Assembly (NCBI GenBank): GCA_949299755.1
Contig: CASGBA010000010.1
Location: forward strand, 269-64,268
From: an uncultured Treponema sp.
Lineage (GTDB): Bacteria; Spirochaetota; Spirochaetia; Treponematales; Treponemataceae
Direction of reading: 5' to 3'
Length of the DNA: 64,000 nucleotides
Part shown: positions 35,824 through 46,513 of the stretch, one piece after another
Layout: each line of letters opens with the position of its first letter
Position numbering within the stretch: the first letter of the stretch is position 1
Program-made: the position numbers and the translations under genes
The notes under the pieces: model-generated
What the model saw: the letters and a program-made list of their open reading frames with translations, nothing else
Database searches by the model: none
Told to the model about the DNA's origin: nothing

Positions 35824-38034
35824 TTATTTTTGTGATTTCAGCAGGAAAATTTCTGACCGGAAGTCACTGGCGGTCTTGTCCTGTTCCGGAGGGTTGTTTA
35901 TTACCAGCCCTGCGGACATTAACTCCGCCCCTGAAAAAATCCCTTTGCCTTCTATTGTATATTGAAAAGATTCATCCAGACCGGCAAGTTTCAGACGCTT
36001 AAATCCGGCATTCACATCATTAAGGATTTTATAATAACCGGTTATGGCTTCGGTTTTGTCATGGGATACAACCATCCATGCCGCCTCATTATTCTCAAAA
36101 GGGCTTAGCAGACGGTAAAAAGTTCCGGAGTGAATAAGAGTCCTGTATTCCTTTACAAATTCAACCTGAGATTTAATTTCCATGAATTCCCTGTCGGACA
36201 GCCGGGTTAAGTCCATTTCATAACCGAAAACCCCGAAAAGGGCTGTGTTGAATCGGGTTGAAAGAGGCGTACTTCTGTTAAGCTGGTGGTTGGGTATGAT
36301 GGATACATGGGCTCCCATGCTATTCAAGGGATAACAATAACTGGTACCGTATTGTATTTTAAGCCGTTCCACAGCATCCGTGTCATCGCTTGTCCAACCT
36401 TGGGGTGCGTAGAACATCATTCCGGGATCAAAGCGTCCGCCACCGCTGGCACAGGATTCAAACAGGATATGCGGAAATTCTGTTGTTAGCCGGTCGTATA
36501 AATCGTATACGCCGAGAATGTATCTGTGGAATATTTCTCCCTGTTGTTCAGGAGGATATGCTTTGCTGTAACATTCGGTTATACTGCGGTTCATGTCCCA
36601 TTTTATATATGAAATGCGGGATTCTTTTATCACCGCAGCCATTGAGCTGTAAATGTAGTCCACTACATCTTTCCGGGAAAAGTCAAGGACATATTGATGC
36701 CTCCCGTGACAGGATTTTCTGTAAGGAGCTTGAAGTATCCAGTCAGGATGGGTTTCGTACAAAACGCTTTTTTTATTCACCATTTCCGGTTCGAACCACA
36801 ATCCGAATTTCATTCCGCATTCTTCTTCTATACGGCGGGAAAGACCCGCAATCCCGTCCGGAAGGATATTTTTATTTGGTGTCCAGTCACCTAATCCCTG
36901 GGTGTCATCTCTGCGGCATCCGAACCAACCGTCATCCAACACAAACAGTTCTATTCCCGCTGAATGTGCTTTTTTTGCAATGTCTATCAGTCTTTCTTCA
37001 TCAAAATCGAAATATGTGGCTTCCCAATTGTTAATTAAAACGGGCCGTTCCTTGTCCCTCCATATGCCCCGGATCAATCTTTCTCTGTAAAGCTGGTGGA
37101 AAATACCGCTAAGTCCATTCATGCCCTTTGATGAATAGGTGGCGATTCCTTCCGGAGCGGTAAATGTTTCTCCGGGTTTTAAAAACCATGAAAACTGAAA
37201 AGGATTTATTCCCATTTGAATACGGCTTGTGCCGTATGTGTCGACTTCAGCCTGAATAATGAAGTTACCGCTGTAAATAAGACTGAATCCGAAAACTTCC
37301 CCCTGATGCTCATCGGCGGAAGGCCGTTTCAAAATCAAAAAAGGATTGTGCATATGTCCGGAATGCCCCCTGGCGCTTGTTATGGATTGGATTCCTGTAT
37401 GGAGGCGGTGTTTTTCCGGAAACCTTTCCCTTGCCCATGCCCCTGAAAACTGAATCCAATCGTAATAATTGTCATCTAAGTCGAGGGTGAAGCTCATGAT
37501 TCTTTCGATGTGTACCGGTTCAGTTCCGTTGTTGCATATTTTACAGCTGCGTGCTACAGCATCATAATCCCTGAATACGGTGAAGGATAGTATAAAACAA
37601 ACATTGGTGACAGAATCCCGGAGAGTTATTTCCAGGGTTTCCGCTTCACCGGGACATTCAGTGTATGTGGCCGGTAATCCTTCCAGCCTGGGTTTACCGG
37701 AATAAATCCGGTATGAATCAAACCGGGGATCTGTGATCCTGCTTCCGTTTCCTTCCCGGATTTCCACTGCAGGTTCCCTGTAGTCGCTGGATCCGTAAAC
37801 CGGGAATTCCTGCAGGCAGTGTTCCAGTGAAAATTTGCGGTCTCCCTCATAGGGGTTTGAAGTCATCGGACGCAGGGCTTCTTCCAGCAGATAGTTATAG
37901 GATTCCCTGTCAGGAAGTTTTTTCCCGAAATACAAATGCCCCAGGTGCCCGTTTCTCAAAACCGTCAGGATGTAACTTATCCTGTCATTGGACAGGTGGA
38001 AATTCCGTGATTCCCCGTGAAAGTACACAGCCAT
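35824..38034 (-). CDS. Alpha-galactosidase, glycoside hydrolase family 36
   Basis: GH36 core motifs ELFVLDDGWFGCRRDDTQGLGDW, FGLWFEPEMV, KWDMNR and CASGGGR. ATG 38034 (MAVYFHGE) is preferred over 38079. Confidence 0.9.
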   Translation of the reverse strand: MAVYFHGESRNFHLSNDRISYILTVLRNGHLGHLYFGKKLPDRESYNYLLEEALRPMTSNPYEGDRKFSLEHCLQEFPVYGSSDYREPAVEIREGNGSRITDPRFDSYRIYSGKPRLEGLPATYTECPGEAETLEITLRDSVTNVCFILSFTVFRDYDAVARSCKICNNGTEPVHIERIMSFTLDLDDNYYDWIQFSGAWARERFPEKHRLHTGIQSITSARGHSGHMHNPFLILKRPSADEHQGEVFGFSLIYSGNFIIQAEVDTYGTSRIQMGINPFQFSWFLKPGETFTAPEGIATYSSKGMNGLSGIFHQLYRERLIRGIWRDKERPVLINNWEATYFDFDEERLIDIAKKAHSAGIELFVLDDGWFGCRRDDTQGLGDWTPNKNILPDGIAGLSRRIEEECGMKFGLWFEPEMVNKKSVLYETHPDWILQAPYRKSCHGRHQYVLDFSRKDVVDYIYSSMAAVIKESRISYIKWDMNRSITECYSKAYPPEQQGEIFHRYILGVYDLYDRLTTEFPHILFESCASGGGRFDPGMMFYAPQGWTSDDTDAVERLKIQYGTSYCYPLNSMGAHVSIIPNHQLNRSTPLSTRFNTALFGVFGYEMDLTRLSDREFMEIKSQVEFVKEYRTLIHSGTFYRLLSPFENNEAAWMVVSHDKTEAITGYYKILNDVNAGFKRLKLAGLDESFQYTIEGKGIFSGAELMSAGLVINNPPEQDKTASDFRSEIFLLKSQK

Positions 38035-38094
38035 ATTGAATTCCCCCGGATGTTTGCGGATTGGCTTGCTCCGCCGCAAAGAATTCCGTCTTTG

Positions 38095-41000
38095 TCAAAT
38101 TCCCCTGAAACTGAAGGAGAAATGCAAGGGTTTCCCTGCGGGCAGCAAGTATTCGGGATGTGTCCTGGAGCCCCAGGAATCATCGCCAGCAATACCCATT
38201 TGTCCCAATGCGCACCTTACCACGGTGTAGTGAATTTGCGGCAATTCATAAGGATGCAGGGCATTCTCGATTTCGTGGGGAGTGTAGGGCAGGGCGGAGA
38301 AATACATTTCATCGCCTTCAAAGCGTATGCCTCTCCCTTTATAATCGGTTATGTCCGCCCGGCGTACCCCGATTTTATTTCCGCATTCCTGAGGACGGAG
38401 ATACTTCGCCATATTGTCGGCCACCTTGTTACGGTAAACCCCCAGTTTTGCGCCTTTGCATCGGTCCCAGTATGTTTCCGACGGACCCATCCCGTACCAG
38501 CATACATTGTCGTAATCGGCATTCAATTTGAATAGCATACCGAATTCAGGCATATCCCCCAGACTGGCCGGCGGAGTGTAATCAAGCGCCACCTCTATTT
38601 TTCCGTTGGAATGGACTGTATAAGCAACTTTACATTCCGTTACAGGTGTTGTTGGCAATACATAAGTGTAGGTGATGACTGCGCATCCTTTTTTTTCTTC
38701 AAGCTTTGGTGTCCGTGCGGAGCCGTCCCGGAAATCTTTATGGGAGACATACATGGAAGCGGTTTTCCATTGGGCATAACGCATGGGCATAATGTTGCCC
38801 CGGTCGTTGTCGGTTGGAGCCCTCCAGAAATTCGGCATTGGTGTCACCGGAAGCATTTCAACCCCTCCGTAGTTGTACGACACCAAGCCTCCGTACAATA
38901 TGGAGAAAACCGCTTCAAAACCGTCTCCACGCACACCAATATTGTGCAGGCTCCGGATTACAGTCACAGGCCGTTTGGGTTCCGGCAAAACTTCTTCTTC
39001 GTTCTTATAAACAGCCTGTCCGAAAGCCATCTCGTGGCCGGCCTTCGCCCACAGGGTGTCACAGGCAAGCTCAAAGGAAACCGTAACCGCATATTCACCC
39101 GGTTCTTTGGGAAGGGCTTCCGGCAACGGATACTCTTTTTCTGACAGAGGCGCGACATCGGTTTGCAGAGGTGTCCGTGATACAAGAACGCCTTCTTTTT
39201 CGATTGTCATGTAACAGGCAAAGGAATTTGTATTTACAAACAGGTTTTTATTTTTGATTTCAACGCATTCTTTTTTACAGTCTATGAGGACTGTAATATT
39301 CTGGTAATTGAATTTAACTTCCTGCATTTTAGGTGATTCATCCCGTTCCCCACCGTATACAATTCCGTTACCGCTGAAATTGCCGTCATTGGGCCGGTCC
39401 CCGAAATCTCCCCCGTAAGCCTGGAAGGGAACTCCGTACCTGTCTTTTTTCAGAATGGATTGGTCTATGTAATCCCAGATAAAACCGCCCTGATAAAGTT
39501 CTTCAGTTTCAGTTAAATCCGTATACTTGTGCATTGCGCCGCAGGAATTTCCCATGGCATGGGTGTATTCACAGCAAATAAAAGGCTTGTCCCTGTGTTC
39601 CTGCAAAAACTGTTTGATTGAATCCACGGAAGGATACATCTGGGATTCCATGTCACTTGTATCATTGTAACGTCTGTCCCAACGGATACCTTCATAGTGG
39701 ACAAGACGGCTCGGATCCAGACTGTGGAAAAGCCGGGACATTTCGTAGATGACCTTTCCGCCGAAGGATTCGTTGCCGCATGACCAGATTAAAATGGACG
39801 GATGGTTTTTATCCCTCTGGTAAAGGGACTGAACCCGGTCGAGCATTGCCTCCATCCATTCATCATGGTCACAGGGAATTATGTTGTTGTAATCCGGTTC
39901 CGGTTTCGCCGTTTCCGTGTCCCAGGTTCCGTGGGTTTCCAGGTTGGTTTCCGCAATGAGATAAAGCCCGTAAATGTCACAAAGCTCATACAGGGCATCG
40001 CTGTCGGGATAATGGCAGGTCCGGATGGCGTTGATATTGTTGCGTTTCATGGTGCGCAGGTCAAGTTCCAGCTCTTCCCGGCTGACGCAACGTCCCGTCT
40101 TTGAGCTGAATTCATGGCGGTTGACGCCTTTGAATACAATCCGGCGGCCATTCAGCAGCATCAGGTTGTTTTTCATTTCAAAACGTCTGAAACCGACTTT
40201 ATGGGGGATGAACTCAACCGGTTTTCCCTCTTTGTTGTATACGGTTATTTCCAAATCATAGAGTACCGGGATTTCTGCGCTCCACAGCTCAGGTTTGTCC
40301 AATTCCGCGGAAAAGGAACAAAGACCTTCGGTTATGTCCCCGGACAGGGATTTGATTTTGTTTCCGTCTTTGTTGAGGGAGATTTGAACCCGGCCTGTGC
40401 CCCATACCTGCATATTGACGGACAGCACAGCTTTGTTAAGGGAGGCTTCAACATCCGGAATTATTTGCAGATCGAAAATATGGGTGGCCGGGACTGAGAA
40501 GAGGTATACATCCCTGTATAAGCCGGAGAACCTGAAAAAATCCTGGTCCTCGCACCAGCTTCCGCTTGTCCATTTGAATACCTGAACCGCAAGTTTGTTC
40601 ATTCCTTCCTGCAAATGGGAGGTGAGCTCAAATTCCGAAGGCGTGAATGAGTCCTCGCTGTAACCGATAAAAGAACCATTCAGCCACAAGGCCAGGGCGC
40701 TTTCAGCCCCCTGAAAGGAAATAAATATACGCTGTCCCTTCATATGGGACGGGACTTCAAAATATTTCACATAACTGGCAACCGGATTAAAAAAAGTTGG
40801 TGTTTCTCCGGGCTTAATTTCGTCATGGCCTTCCCAAGGATACTGGGTGTTTGCGTATTGCGGTTTGTCGTAGCCTTCCATCTGGATATGGGCAGGAACC
40901 CGGATGGTGTCCCAGGAATCACAGTTGTACCCGCTCTTTTCAAAACCGGCAATGGTGCTTTCATAGTTTTTCGCGTAATGGAATTTCCATAAACCATTCA

Positions 41001-41136
41001 AACTGTAACGGAATCCGATGTTTCCGCTTTTTGATTCGGCGGAATTTTTATAATATATATGGTCTGAATGGGCGTCCAGTCTGTTGTCTTTAAAATACCG
41101 GGGATCCTTTGTTTTACTGTAATCAAAAGTTGTCAT
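38095..41136 (-). CDS. lacZ: Beta-galactosidase, glycoside hydrolase family 2 (LacZ-like)
   Basis: GH2 sugar-binding, Ig-like and TIM-barrel domains (NAIRTCHYP, WSCGNESFGG acid/base region, EYTHAMGNS nucleophile region) plus a C-terminal Bgal_small_N-like domain. AAGGAAGGA RBS before ATG 41136. Confidence 0.9.
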   Translation of the reverse strand: MTTFDYSKTKDPRYFKDNRLDAHSDHIYYKNSAESKSGNIGFRYSLNGLWKFHYAKNYESTIAGFEKSGYNCDSWDTIRVPAHIQMEGYDKPQYANTQYPWEGHDEIKPGETPTFFNPVASYVKYFEVPSHMKGQRIFISFQGAESALALWLNGSFIGYSEDSFTPSEFELTSHLQEGMNKLAVQVFKWTSGSWCEDQDFFRFSGLYRDVYLFSVPATHIFDLQIIPDVEASLNKAVLSVNMQVWGTGRVQISLNKDGNKIKSLSGDITEGLCSFSAELDKPELWSAEIPVLYDLEITVYNKEGKPVEFIPHKVGFRRFEMKNNLMLLNGRRIVFKGVNRHEFSSKTGRCVSREELELDLRTMKRNNINAIRTCHYPDSDALYELCDIYGLYLIAETNLETHGTWDTETAKPEPDYNNIIPCDHDEWMEAMLDRVQSLYQRDKNHPSILIWSCGNESFGGKVIYEMSRLFHSLDPSRLVHYEGIRWDRRYNDTSDMESQMYPSVDSIKQFLQEHRDKPFICCEYTHAMGNSCGAMHKYTDLTETEELYQGGFIWDYIDQSILKKDRYGVPFQAYGGDFGDRPNDGNFSGNGIVYGGERDESPKMQEVKFNYQNITVLIDCKKECVEIKNKNLFVNTNSFACYMTIEKEGVLVSRTPLQTDVAPLSEKEYPLPEALPKEPGEYAVTVSFELACDTLWAKAGHEMAFGQAVYKNEEEVLPEPKRPVTVIRSLHNIGVRGDGFEAVFSILYGGLVSYNYGGVEMLPVTPMPNFWRAPTDNDRGNIMPMRYAQWKTASMYVSHKDFRDGSARTPKLEEKKGCAVITYTYVLPTTPVTECKVAYTVHSNGKIEVALDYTPPASLGDMPEFGMLFKLNADYDNVCWYGMGPSETYWDRCKGAKLGVYRNKVADNMAKYLRPQECGNKIGVRRADITDYKGRGIRFEGDEMYFSALPYTPHEIENALHPYELPQIHYTVVRCALGQMGIAGDDSWGSRTHPEYLLPAGKPLHFSFSFRGI

Positions 41137-41245
41137 AGAAAGTCCTTCCTTGGGTAGCATTTGATTTTTCATTATTATGCAGCTTTCTCAATACGTCAAC
41201 CTGAATAAGCGTAAGGTGAGGCTTGATTCTTTACGGCGTGGCGTT

Positions 41246-42079
41246 TTATTCCGCCGGATTGATTCCGTTTTCCTTTGCCCTTGGCCTTTTCTCATGCTTA
41301 AACGTCCAGCGGGCAAAAGCATACCGGGGAATGAACCGGCTTAAGAACGCCTTAAGCTTCCATTTGAATAGCATCAACGCTTTGGGTTTCCCGGCCAAAG
41401 CGCAGCGTATCGCATGGGCCGCCGTTCTGGATGCATCGGCTCCGCCTTTCACTTCCTTCCTTGCCCCCTTCGAAGCGACCGCTGCGAAATTTGTGGATAC
41501 CGGTCCGGGGCACACAGAGCACACTTTGATACCCTTGTCCGCAAGTTCTGCCCCCAGGGCCGTGGAAAAGCTGTGCAGGAAGGCTTTTGTGGCGGCGTAC
41601 ACGGCGAAATTTCCCAACGGGGCAAAGGCGGCCAGACTGGCGGTGTTAATTATCACGGAACCTGCCTCCATGTAGGGAACCCCGGCCATGCAGAAGCCCG
41701 CCGGTGTCAATGCATTTAATTCTATCATGTTAAGCTGGTCATCCGTTTCCGTTTCCATGACCGGGCCGTAAGTGCCGAACCCTGCGTTGTTGACAAGAAC
41801 CTTTATGCGCAGGCCGCCGGCAGTTTTTGCCTCTTCTTCCAGTAATTCGCTGAAAGCGGCGACTCCGGATTTTCCCGCAATGTCCCCGGGAAATATCCTG
41901 GCTTTTACCGCTCCGTCATGTTTCACGTTTTTTTCCGCCAGTTCCGCTGTTTGCCGCAATTTTTCCCTGTTTCTGGCTAAAAGCCATATTTCGTCGGCAG
42001 GAATGGAAGCGGAAAGCTGCAAGGCAAATTCCCGTCCGAGACCGGAACCGGCTCCTGTTATGATTATTATTTCTTTCAT
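41246..42079 (-). CDS. SDR-family short-chain dehydrogenase/reductase
   Basis: ITGAGSGLGREFA cofactor motif, NNAG, and YAATKAF catalytic Y-x3-K. ATG 42079 (MKEIIIITGAGSG) is preferred over 42211. Confidence 0.85.
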   Translation of the reverse strand: MKEIIIITGAGSGLGREFALQLSASIPADEIWLLARNREKLRQTAELAEKNVKHDGAVKARIFPGDIAGKSGVAAFSELLEEEAKTAGGLRIKVLVNNAGFGTYGPVMETETDDQLNMIELNALTPAGFCMAGVPYMEAGSVIINTASLAAFAPLGNFAVYAATKAFLHSFSTALGAELADKGIKVCSVCPGPVSTNFAAVASKGARKEVKGGADASRTAAHAIRCALAGKPKALMLFKWKLKAFLSRFIPRYAFARWTFKHEKRPRAKENGINPAE

Positions 42080-42196
42080 GGATTCATTATCATCGATACT
42101 CCCGGTTGAATCAACGATAAATTGTATGACACCCGGGTTAACCAGGATTTCATTTTGTTTATTGACAGACTTCCTGCTTCCTGTTTTACTTATAGA

Positions 42197-43057
42197 ATGA
42201 AAAACCAACAATCTTTTTTAGCTTTTATAGTGAAAGCTTTGGCTGTATTTTTTGTGGTAGGGATTGCGCTTTCTTCATGCGCAACTTCGTCTAAAAAGAA
42301 CGAAAACTTTATTGCCGATGTGGATCCCATTGAATTGTCCCCGGTAACAGCCCAGTTCCCGAATTTTTTGGGAACTTCCATCGAACCGAAAACGGTTTCT
42401 GTGTTTTTTGTCCCCCGTTCTGATGAGGTTCTTATACAATATAAAGTAACCGGAAATACCTACAAACTGTATTTGAATAGGGCCGCCCGGGAACTTATCA
42501 GGAATGCCGCCGTACAATATAACGCCGATTTTGACGCGGTACGGTTGGACAGGGAATTGAGCTACAGAAAGACTGAGAAAATATACGGGGAAGTGAAGGA
42601 CTGTCACATGGAATGGGGACTGACTTCTTTTACCATGAATGGAGAGGCTTACCCAAAGGTTGCGGCCGGATACCGTTTTGAAGGCCGTAACCCCTATTTT
42701 GTTGTGGTTGTTCCTGTGACTGAAAACCTCGGTTACAAAGACGGCAGGAGCGGATTGAGGAATACAGTTAAGCAGGTTATTTACATGAATAAAGCCCAGG
42801 CCCTTGCCATGGCTGATATCCTGGAAGAAGATAATCTTTTGTCCTCACTTTCCACTGTGGTTGTTCCTGTAATGAATCCTGACAGTTATACGGAACCGAA
42901 AACTGTGACCCCTTCCTTCTCTGACGAGGGATACGGCATTCCCGCCGTCCAAAACGCAGTGGAGCCTGCGGCGGATGATTCCGGGAATGACGTCATCCAG
43001 GGAAATGAAACTGAAGCCGCTGTTCCGGAAACTGTGAATGAAACCGAAATTCAATAA
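42197..43057 (+). CDS. Lipoprotein of unknown function
   Basis: Signal peptide with lipobox (VVGIALSSC|ATSS). ATG 42197. Confidence 0.6.
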   Translation: MKNQQSFLAFIVKALAVFFVVGIALSSCATSSKKNENFIADVDPIELSPVTAQFPNFLGTSIEPKTVSVFFVPRSDEVLIQYKVTGNTYKLYLNRAARELIRNAAVQYNADFDAVRLDRELSYRKTEKIYGEVKDCHMEWGLTSFTMNGEAYPKVAAGYRFEGRNPYFVVVVPVTENLGYKDGRSGLRNTVKQVIYMNKAQALAMADILEEDNLLSSLSTVVVPVMNPDSYTEPKTVTPSFSDEGYGIPAVQNAVEPAADDSGNDVIQGNETEAAVPETVNETEIQ

Positions 43058-43068
43058 GGAGTTGAAAA

Positions 43069-44733
43069 ATGGCTGATACAATGCATCCTTTGAAAAAAAA
43101 TCCTTCTTGGAAGGGCAGACGGGGACCTGTCGTCCTTGTGATTATGGACGGCGTGGGTTATGGCAAATATGAGGACGGGGACGCGGTGAAGGCTTCCCGG
43201 ATGGATTATCTCAGGAAGCTGGAAAGCGAAAGTCCCCACACAAAGCTTAAAGCCCACGGAACAGCCGTAGGACTTCCTTCTGACGCTGATATGGGTAACA
43301 GTGAGGTGGGGCACAACGCTATGGGTTGCGGCCGGGTTTTTGCCCAGGGCGCAAAACTGGTTTCAAACGCCATATCTTCAGGTTCCATGTTCGAAGGGGA
43401 AGTATGGAAAAAGCTTGTTGCCAACGTGAAAAGCAAAGGTACCGCTCTTCATTTTATAGGCTTGGTGTCTGACGGGAATGTCCATTCCCACATCGACCAT
43501 CTTAAGGCCATGATTGAGAAGGCTTATGCCGAGGGTGTGAAAACCCTCCGTGTCCATGCCCTTCTCGACGGCCGTGACGTGGATCCCACTTCGGCCCTTG
43601 ATTACATCACTCCCCTTGAAAAGTTCCTGGCAGGCTTTTCGGGAGTTGATTACGGAATCGCTTCCGGCGGTGGCCGTATGTTCATGACGATGGACAGGTA
43701 CAATGCGGATTGGGCAATGGTTGAAAGGGGATGGAAAGCCCATGTGCTCGGCGAGGGCAGGAAATTCCCCTCCGCCACCGAGGCCATTGAAACCTACAGG
43801 AAGGAAGTTCCAGGTGTTCTTGACCAGGATATGCACGAATTCGTAATTGAAAAAGACGGTAAACCTGTGGGCACAATAAATGACGGCGACAGCGTGGTTT
43901 ATTTCAACTTCCGCGGAGACCGGGCTCTTGAAATGACCGCCGCCTTTGAAACACCCGCTGACGGGAACTTCCCCCATTTTGACAGGAAACGTGTTCCCTC
44001 TGTTGAATATGCCGGCATGATGGAATATGACGGCGACCTTCATATCCCCCGCCAGTATCTTGTAAGCCCCCCGAGCATTGACCGGACAATGGGTGAATAC
44101 CTTACAAAGTCAGGGGTGCGTCTGCTTGCCATTTCAGAAACCCAGAAGTACGGCCATGTGACATATTTCTTCAACGGAAACAAACTGGGCAAATTTGACG
44201 AGAAATTGGAAGATTATGTTGAGATAAAGAGTGATGTGGTTCCCTTTGAACAGCGCCCCTGGATGAAATGCGCCGAGATTACCGACAAGGTTATCGAGGC
44301 AATCAAAAGCGGGAAATACCAGCACATCCGCTTGAATTATCCCAACGGGGACATGGTGGGGCATACCGGCGTTTTCAATGCGGTTGTTTGTTCCATGGAA
44401 GGGATGGATCTTCAGCTTGGCCGCCTTAAAGCCGCTGTCGATGAAGCCGGCGGAATTATGTGTATCACCGCAGATCACGGCAACAGCGATGATATGTTCG
44501 AGCATAAAAAGGACGGTAGCGTGGCTACAAATTCCGACGGTTCCCCCAAGGCAAAAACAAGCCACAGCTTGAATCCGGTTCCGGCTATAATTTATGACCC
44601 GGAATATAAGGGGGAATACGATACGAAACTCAATGAAGGTCTGGGAATCAGTTCCTGGCCTGCCACGCTCATGGAGTTGATGGGTTTTGTTCCGCCGGAA
44701 GATTACGATAAGAGCCTTCTTAACCTTAAGTAA
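43069..44733 (+). CDS. gpmI: 2,3-bisphosphoglycerate-independent phosphoglycerate mutase
   Basis: VVLVIMDGVGYG, GNSEVGHNAMG (catalytic Ser region), SDGNVHSH, and C-terminal TADHGNSD and HS motifs. Confidence 0.93.
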   Translation: MADTMHPLKKNPSWKGRRGPVVLVIMDGVGYGKYEDGDAVKASRMDYLRKLESESPHTKLKAHGTAVGLPSDADMGNSEVGHNAMGCGRVFAQGAKLVSNAISSGSMFEGEVWKKLVANVKSKGTALHFIGLVSDGNVHSHIDHLKAMIEKAYAEGVKTLRVHALLDGRDVDPTSALDYITPLEKFLAGFSGVDYGIASGGGRMFMTMDRYNADWAMVERGWKAHVLGEGRKFPSATEAIETYRKEVPGVLDQDMHEFVIEKDGKPVGTINDGDSVVYFNFRGDRALEMTAAFETPADGNFPHFDRKRVPSVEYAGMMEYDGDLHIPRQYLVSPPSIDRTMGEYLTKSGVRLLAISETQKYGHVTYFFNGNKLGKFDEKLEDYVEIKSDVVPFEQRPWMKCAEITDKVIEAIKSGKYQHIRLNYPNGDMVGHTGVFNAVVCSMEGMDLQLGRLKAAVDEAGGIMCITADHGNSDDMFEHKKDGSVATNSDGSPKAKTSHSLNPVPAIIYDPEYKGEYDTKLNEGLGISSWPATLMELMGFVPPEDYDKSLLNLK

Positions 44734-44755
44734 AGAAACCCTGTTTATTGGATAA

Positions 44756-44790
44756 ACCCCGGAAGCTGGAAAGATTCCGGGGTTTTTTTG
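44756..44790 (+). terminator. Rho-independent terminator after gpmI
   Basis: CCCCGGAA (44757-44764) pairs with TTCCGGGG (44775-44782), followed by T7. Confidence 0.8.
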
Positions 44791-44807
44791 TTGCGCTTGC
44801 CAATCTT

Positions 44808-45263
44808 TCAGGCGGCGCCAAGGGGCCTGAAAATTTGAAAAACGCAAAAGCTGTTTTCTTCGAGGAGACGTAAAAAGAATTTACCGTCCGCAAGATTTAT
44901 TTCCTGCCACAGTGCTTCGAGCCACAGTTCCTTTGCGGCTTGAATCAAGAGGGCCGCTTTTTCCGGGTCAACCCGGATGACGGTGTTTTGTCCGTTTTTC
45001 CCTGATGCTTCTGCCCCAAGGTTGCCTTCGATGAAGGCCTCAACATTTGTTTTTGAGAAGCCTTGCAGGAAAAAATATTGGCCGGCTGGTATTTTCCCTG
45101 TCCGGACTGCGGTTTCAAAATGACTGCTGTCCGGCGGTTCCAGATTCCCGGCTTTTACGGATGTGGTGCATTCATAGAGCGCGGCTGTTTTGTCCGGTGA
45201 AAGATTTCCTTCCGGGGCGTTTATGTCTTCGCTTAAAAAAAGTTTTCTTATTGTGAAATCCAT
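44808..45263 (-). CDS. Hypothetical protein (151 aa; weak GyrI-like/effector-binding resemblance)
   Basis: ORF with plausible coding composition. The IPAGQYFFLQG segment is reminiscent of GyrI-like domains. Unverified. Confidence 0.45.
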   Translation of the reverse strand: MDFTIRKLFLSEDINAPEGNLSPDKTAALYECTTSVKAGNLEPPDSSHFETAVRTGKIPAGQYFFLQGFSKTNVEAFIEGNLGAEASGKNGQNTVIRVDPEKAALLIQAAKELWLEALWQEINLADGKFFLRLLEENSFCVFQIFRPLGAA

Positions 45264-45385
45264 GTCTAATTAATAGTGAAAAGCTGTTTTTTTAGCAAGT
45301 AAATTATTTTGAAATGAATGCGTTGTCCGGGAATTCCCAGATAGAGAAGATGAATTGTTTTCTTATATCAAAAAGGAGGTGGAAA

Positions 45386-46426
45386 ATGAGGAATCCTGAA
45401 TGCCGCAGGATTACTGGTTTCTGGTTCGCCGCGTTTTTTCTTTTGGCGGCTGTATTTCTGTTACAGGCGCTTTCCGGTTGTGCCTTTGATTCCCGGAGCC
45501 CTGCCGTTTGGGGCGGGGATTGCGTTGTGCCGGAATTCACCGGGGCATCCATGACCGGGGAAAATACCGCGGTCATGGGTTTTTCTTCTCCGGTGTCAGT
45601 GGTGTCCGCTGAGGTTGTCCTTGATTCGGGCAGACCCTGTGTTGTTGAGTCCCAGGATTCAGGCAATCCAGGGGAAATTTGTTTTGTCATGAGCGAGGCT
45701 CCCGGAGTAGGTGAAAAATTCCTTCTTTCCACGGTGGTGGAAGATGAAGGCGGGAACACTCTTTCCGTGTCAGTTACCCTTACGGGTTTTAATTCCCGTC
45801 TTCCAGAATTACGGATCAACGAGGTGAGGGCAAAATATTCAAAACCCAAAGCCGAATATATTGAATTCAAAGTTTTAAAAGCCGGTAATTTAAGCGGTAT
45901 ATGTGTGGAAACTATAGGTGAGTCAAAAAATACTTTGTATGAATTCCCAGCGGCGGAGGTTGCCGCTGGTGAATTTGTGGTGCTACATTACAGATGTATG
46001 CCTGAAGGCGCCGTGTTCAAGGATGAAACCGGCTCTGATATTACCCTTTCAGGAGGGGATGGAGCCTCCGCTACAGGCCGGGATTTTTGGTTCGACCATG
46101 CAAAATCACCTCTCTCCATTCCCAATGTGGTTTTAGTACGGGAAAGAAGCGGGGGAAGCCTTATGGATGCGCTGGTGTATACTGATTCGGATGAAGCTGT
46201 CTCTTCCCAGGTTTTGATTTCCTCAGTTGCGGAGGCTATGTCCGCCGGTGTTTGGCAGGGTGAAGGGGATTTTCCGTCTTTCAACGCTTCAGGTAATACG
46301 GCTACACGTACCATATGCAGGTATTCTCTGGATTCTGTTTCAAGTCCGGGTTCCTGGTATATTTGTGATACAAGCAAGGCTACTCCCGGAGAAGAGAATA
46401 TAGAAGTGGAATGGACCGGCGGGTAA
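45386..46426 (+). CDS. Lipoprotein with a lamin-tail-domain (LTD)-like segment
   Basis: GGAGG RBS before ATG 45386. Lipobox LQALSGC|AF. LRINEVRAKYSKPKAEYIEFKVLKAGNLSG resembles the LTD signature. Confidence 0.6.
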   Translation: MRNPECRRITGFWFAAFFLLAAVFLLQALSGCAFDSRSPAVWGGDCVVPEFTGASMTGENTAVMGFSSPVSVVSAEVVLDSGRPCVVESQDSGNPGEICFVMSEAPGVGEKFLLSTVVEDEGGNTLSVSVTLTGFNSRLPELRINEVRAKYSKPKAEYIEFKVLKAGNLSGICVETIGESKNTLYEFPAAEVAAGEFVVLHYRCMPEGAVFKDETGSDITLSGGDGASATGRDFWFDHAKSPLSIPNVVLVRERSGGSLMDALVYTDSDEAVSSQVLISSVAEAMSAGVWQGEGDFPSFNASGNTATRTICRYSLDSVSSPGSWYICDTSKATPGEENIEVEWTGG

Positions 46427-46513
46427 TACGTCGAATAATTCAGCTTTATAATATTTTCAAGTAATTTTTTGAACACCCTGTGGTTTTCCATGGGGTGTTT
46501 TTATACATACAGG

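Noticed and set aside
35559-35965. Two similar small ORFs (MNRGRRRAVARKRQQDVAGRRAE... and MNRGRCRAVARSRQQDVAGRRAE...)
   Set aside because: They are just the two copies of the tRNA-unit tandem repeat read in one frame. There is no RBS, and they overlap terminator hairpins. The second runs into the antisense of the alpha-galactosidase gene.
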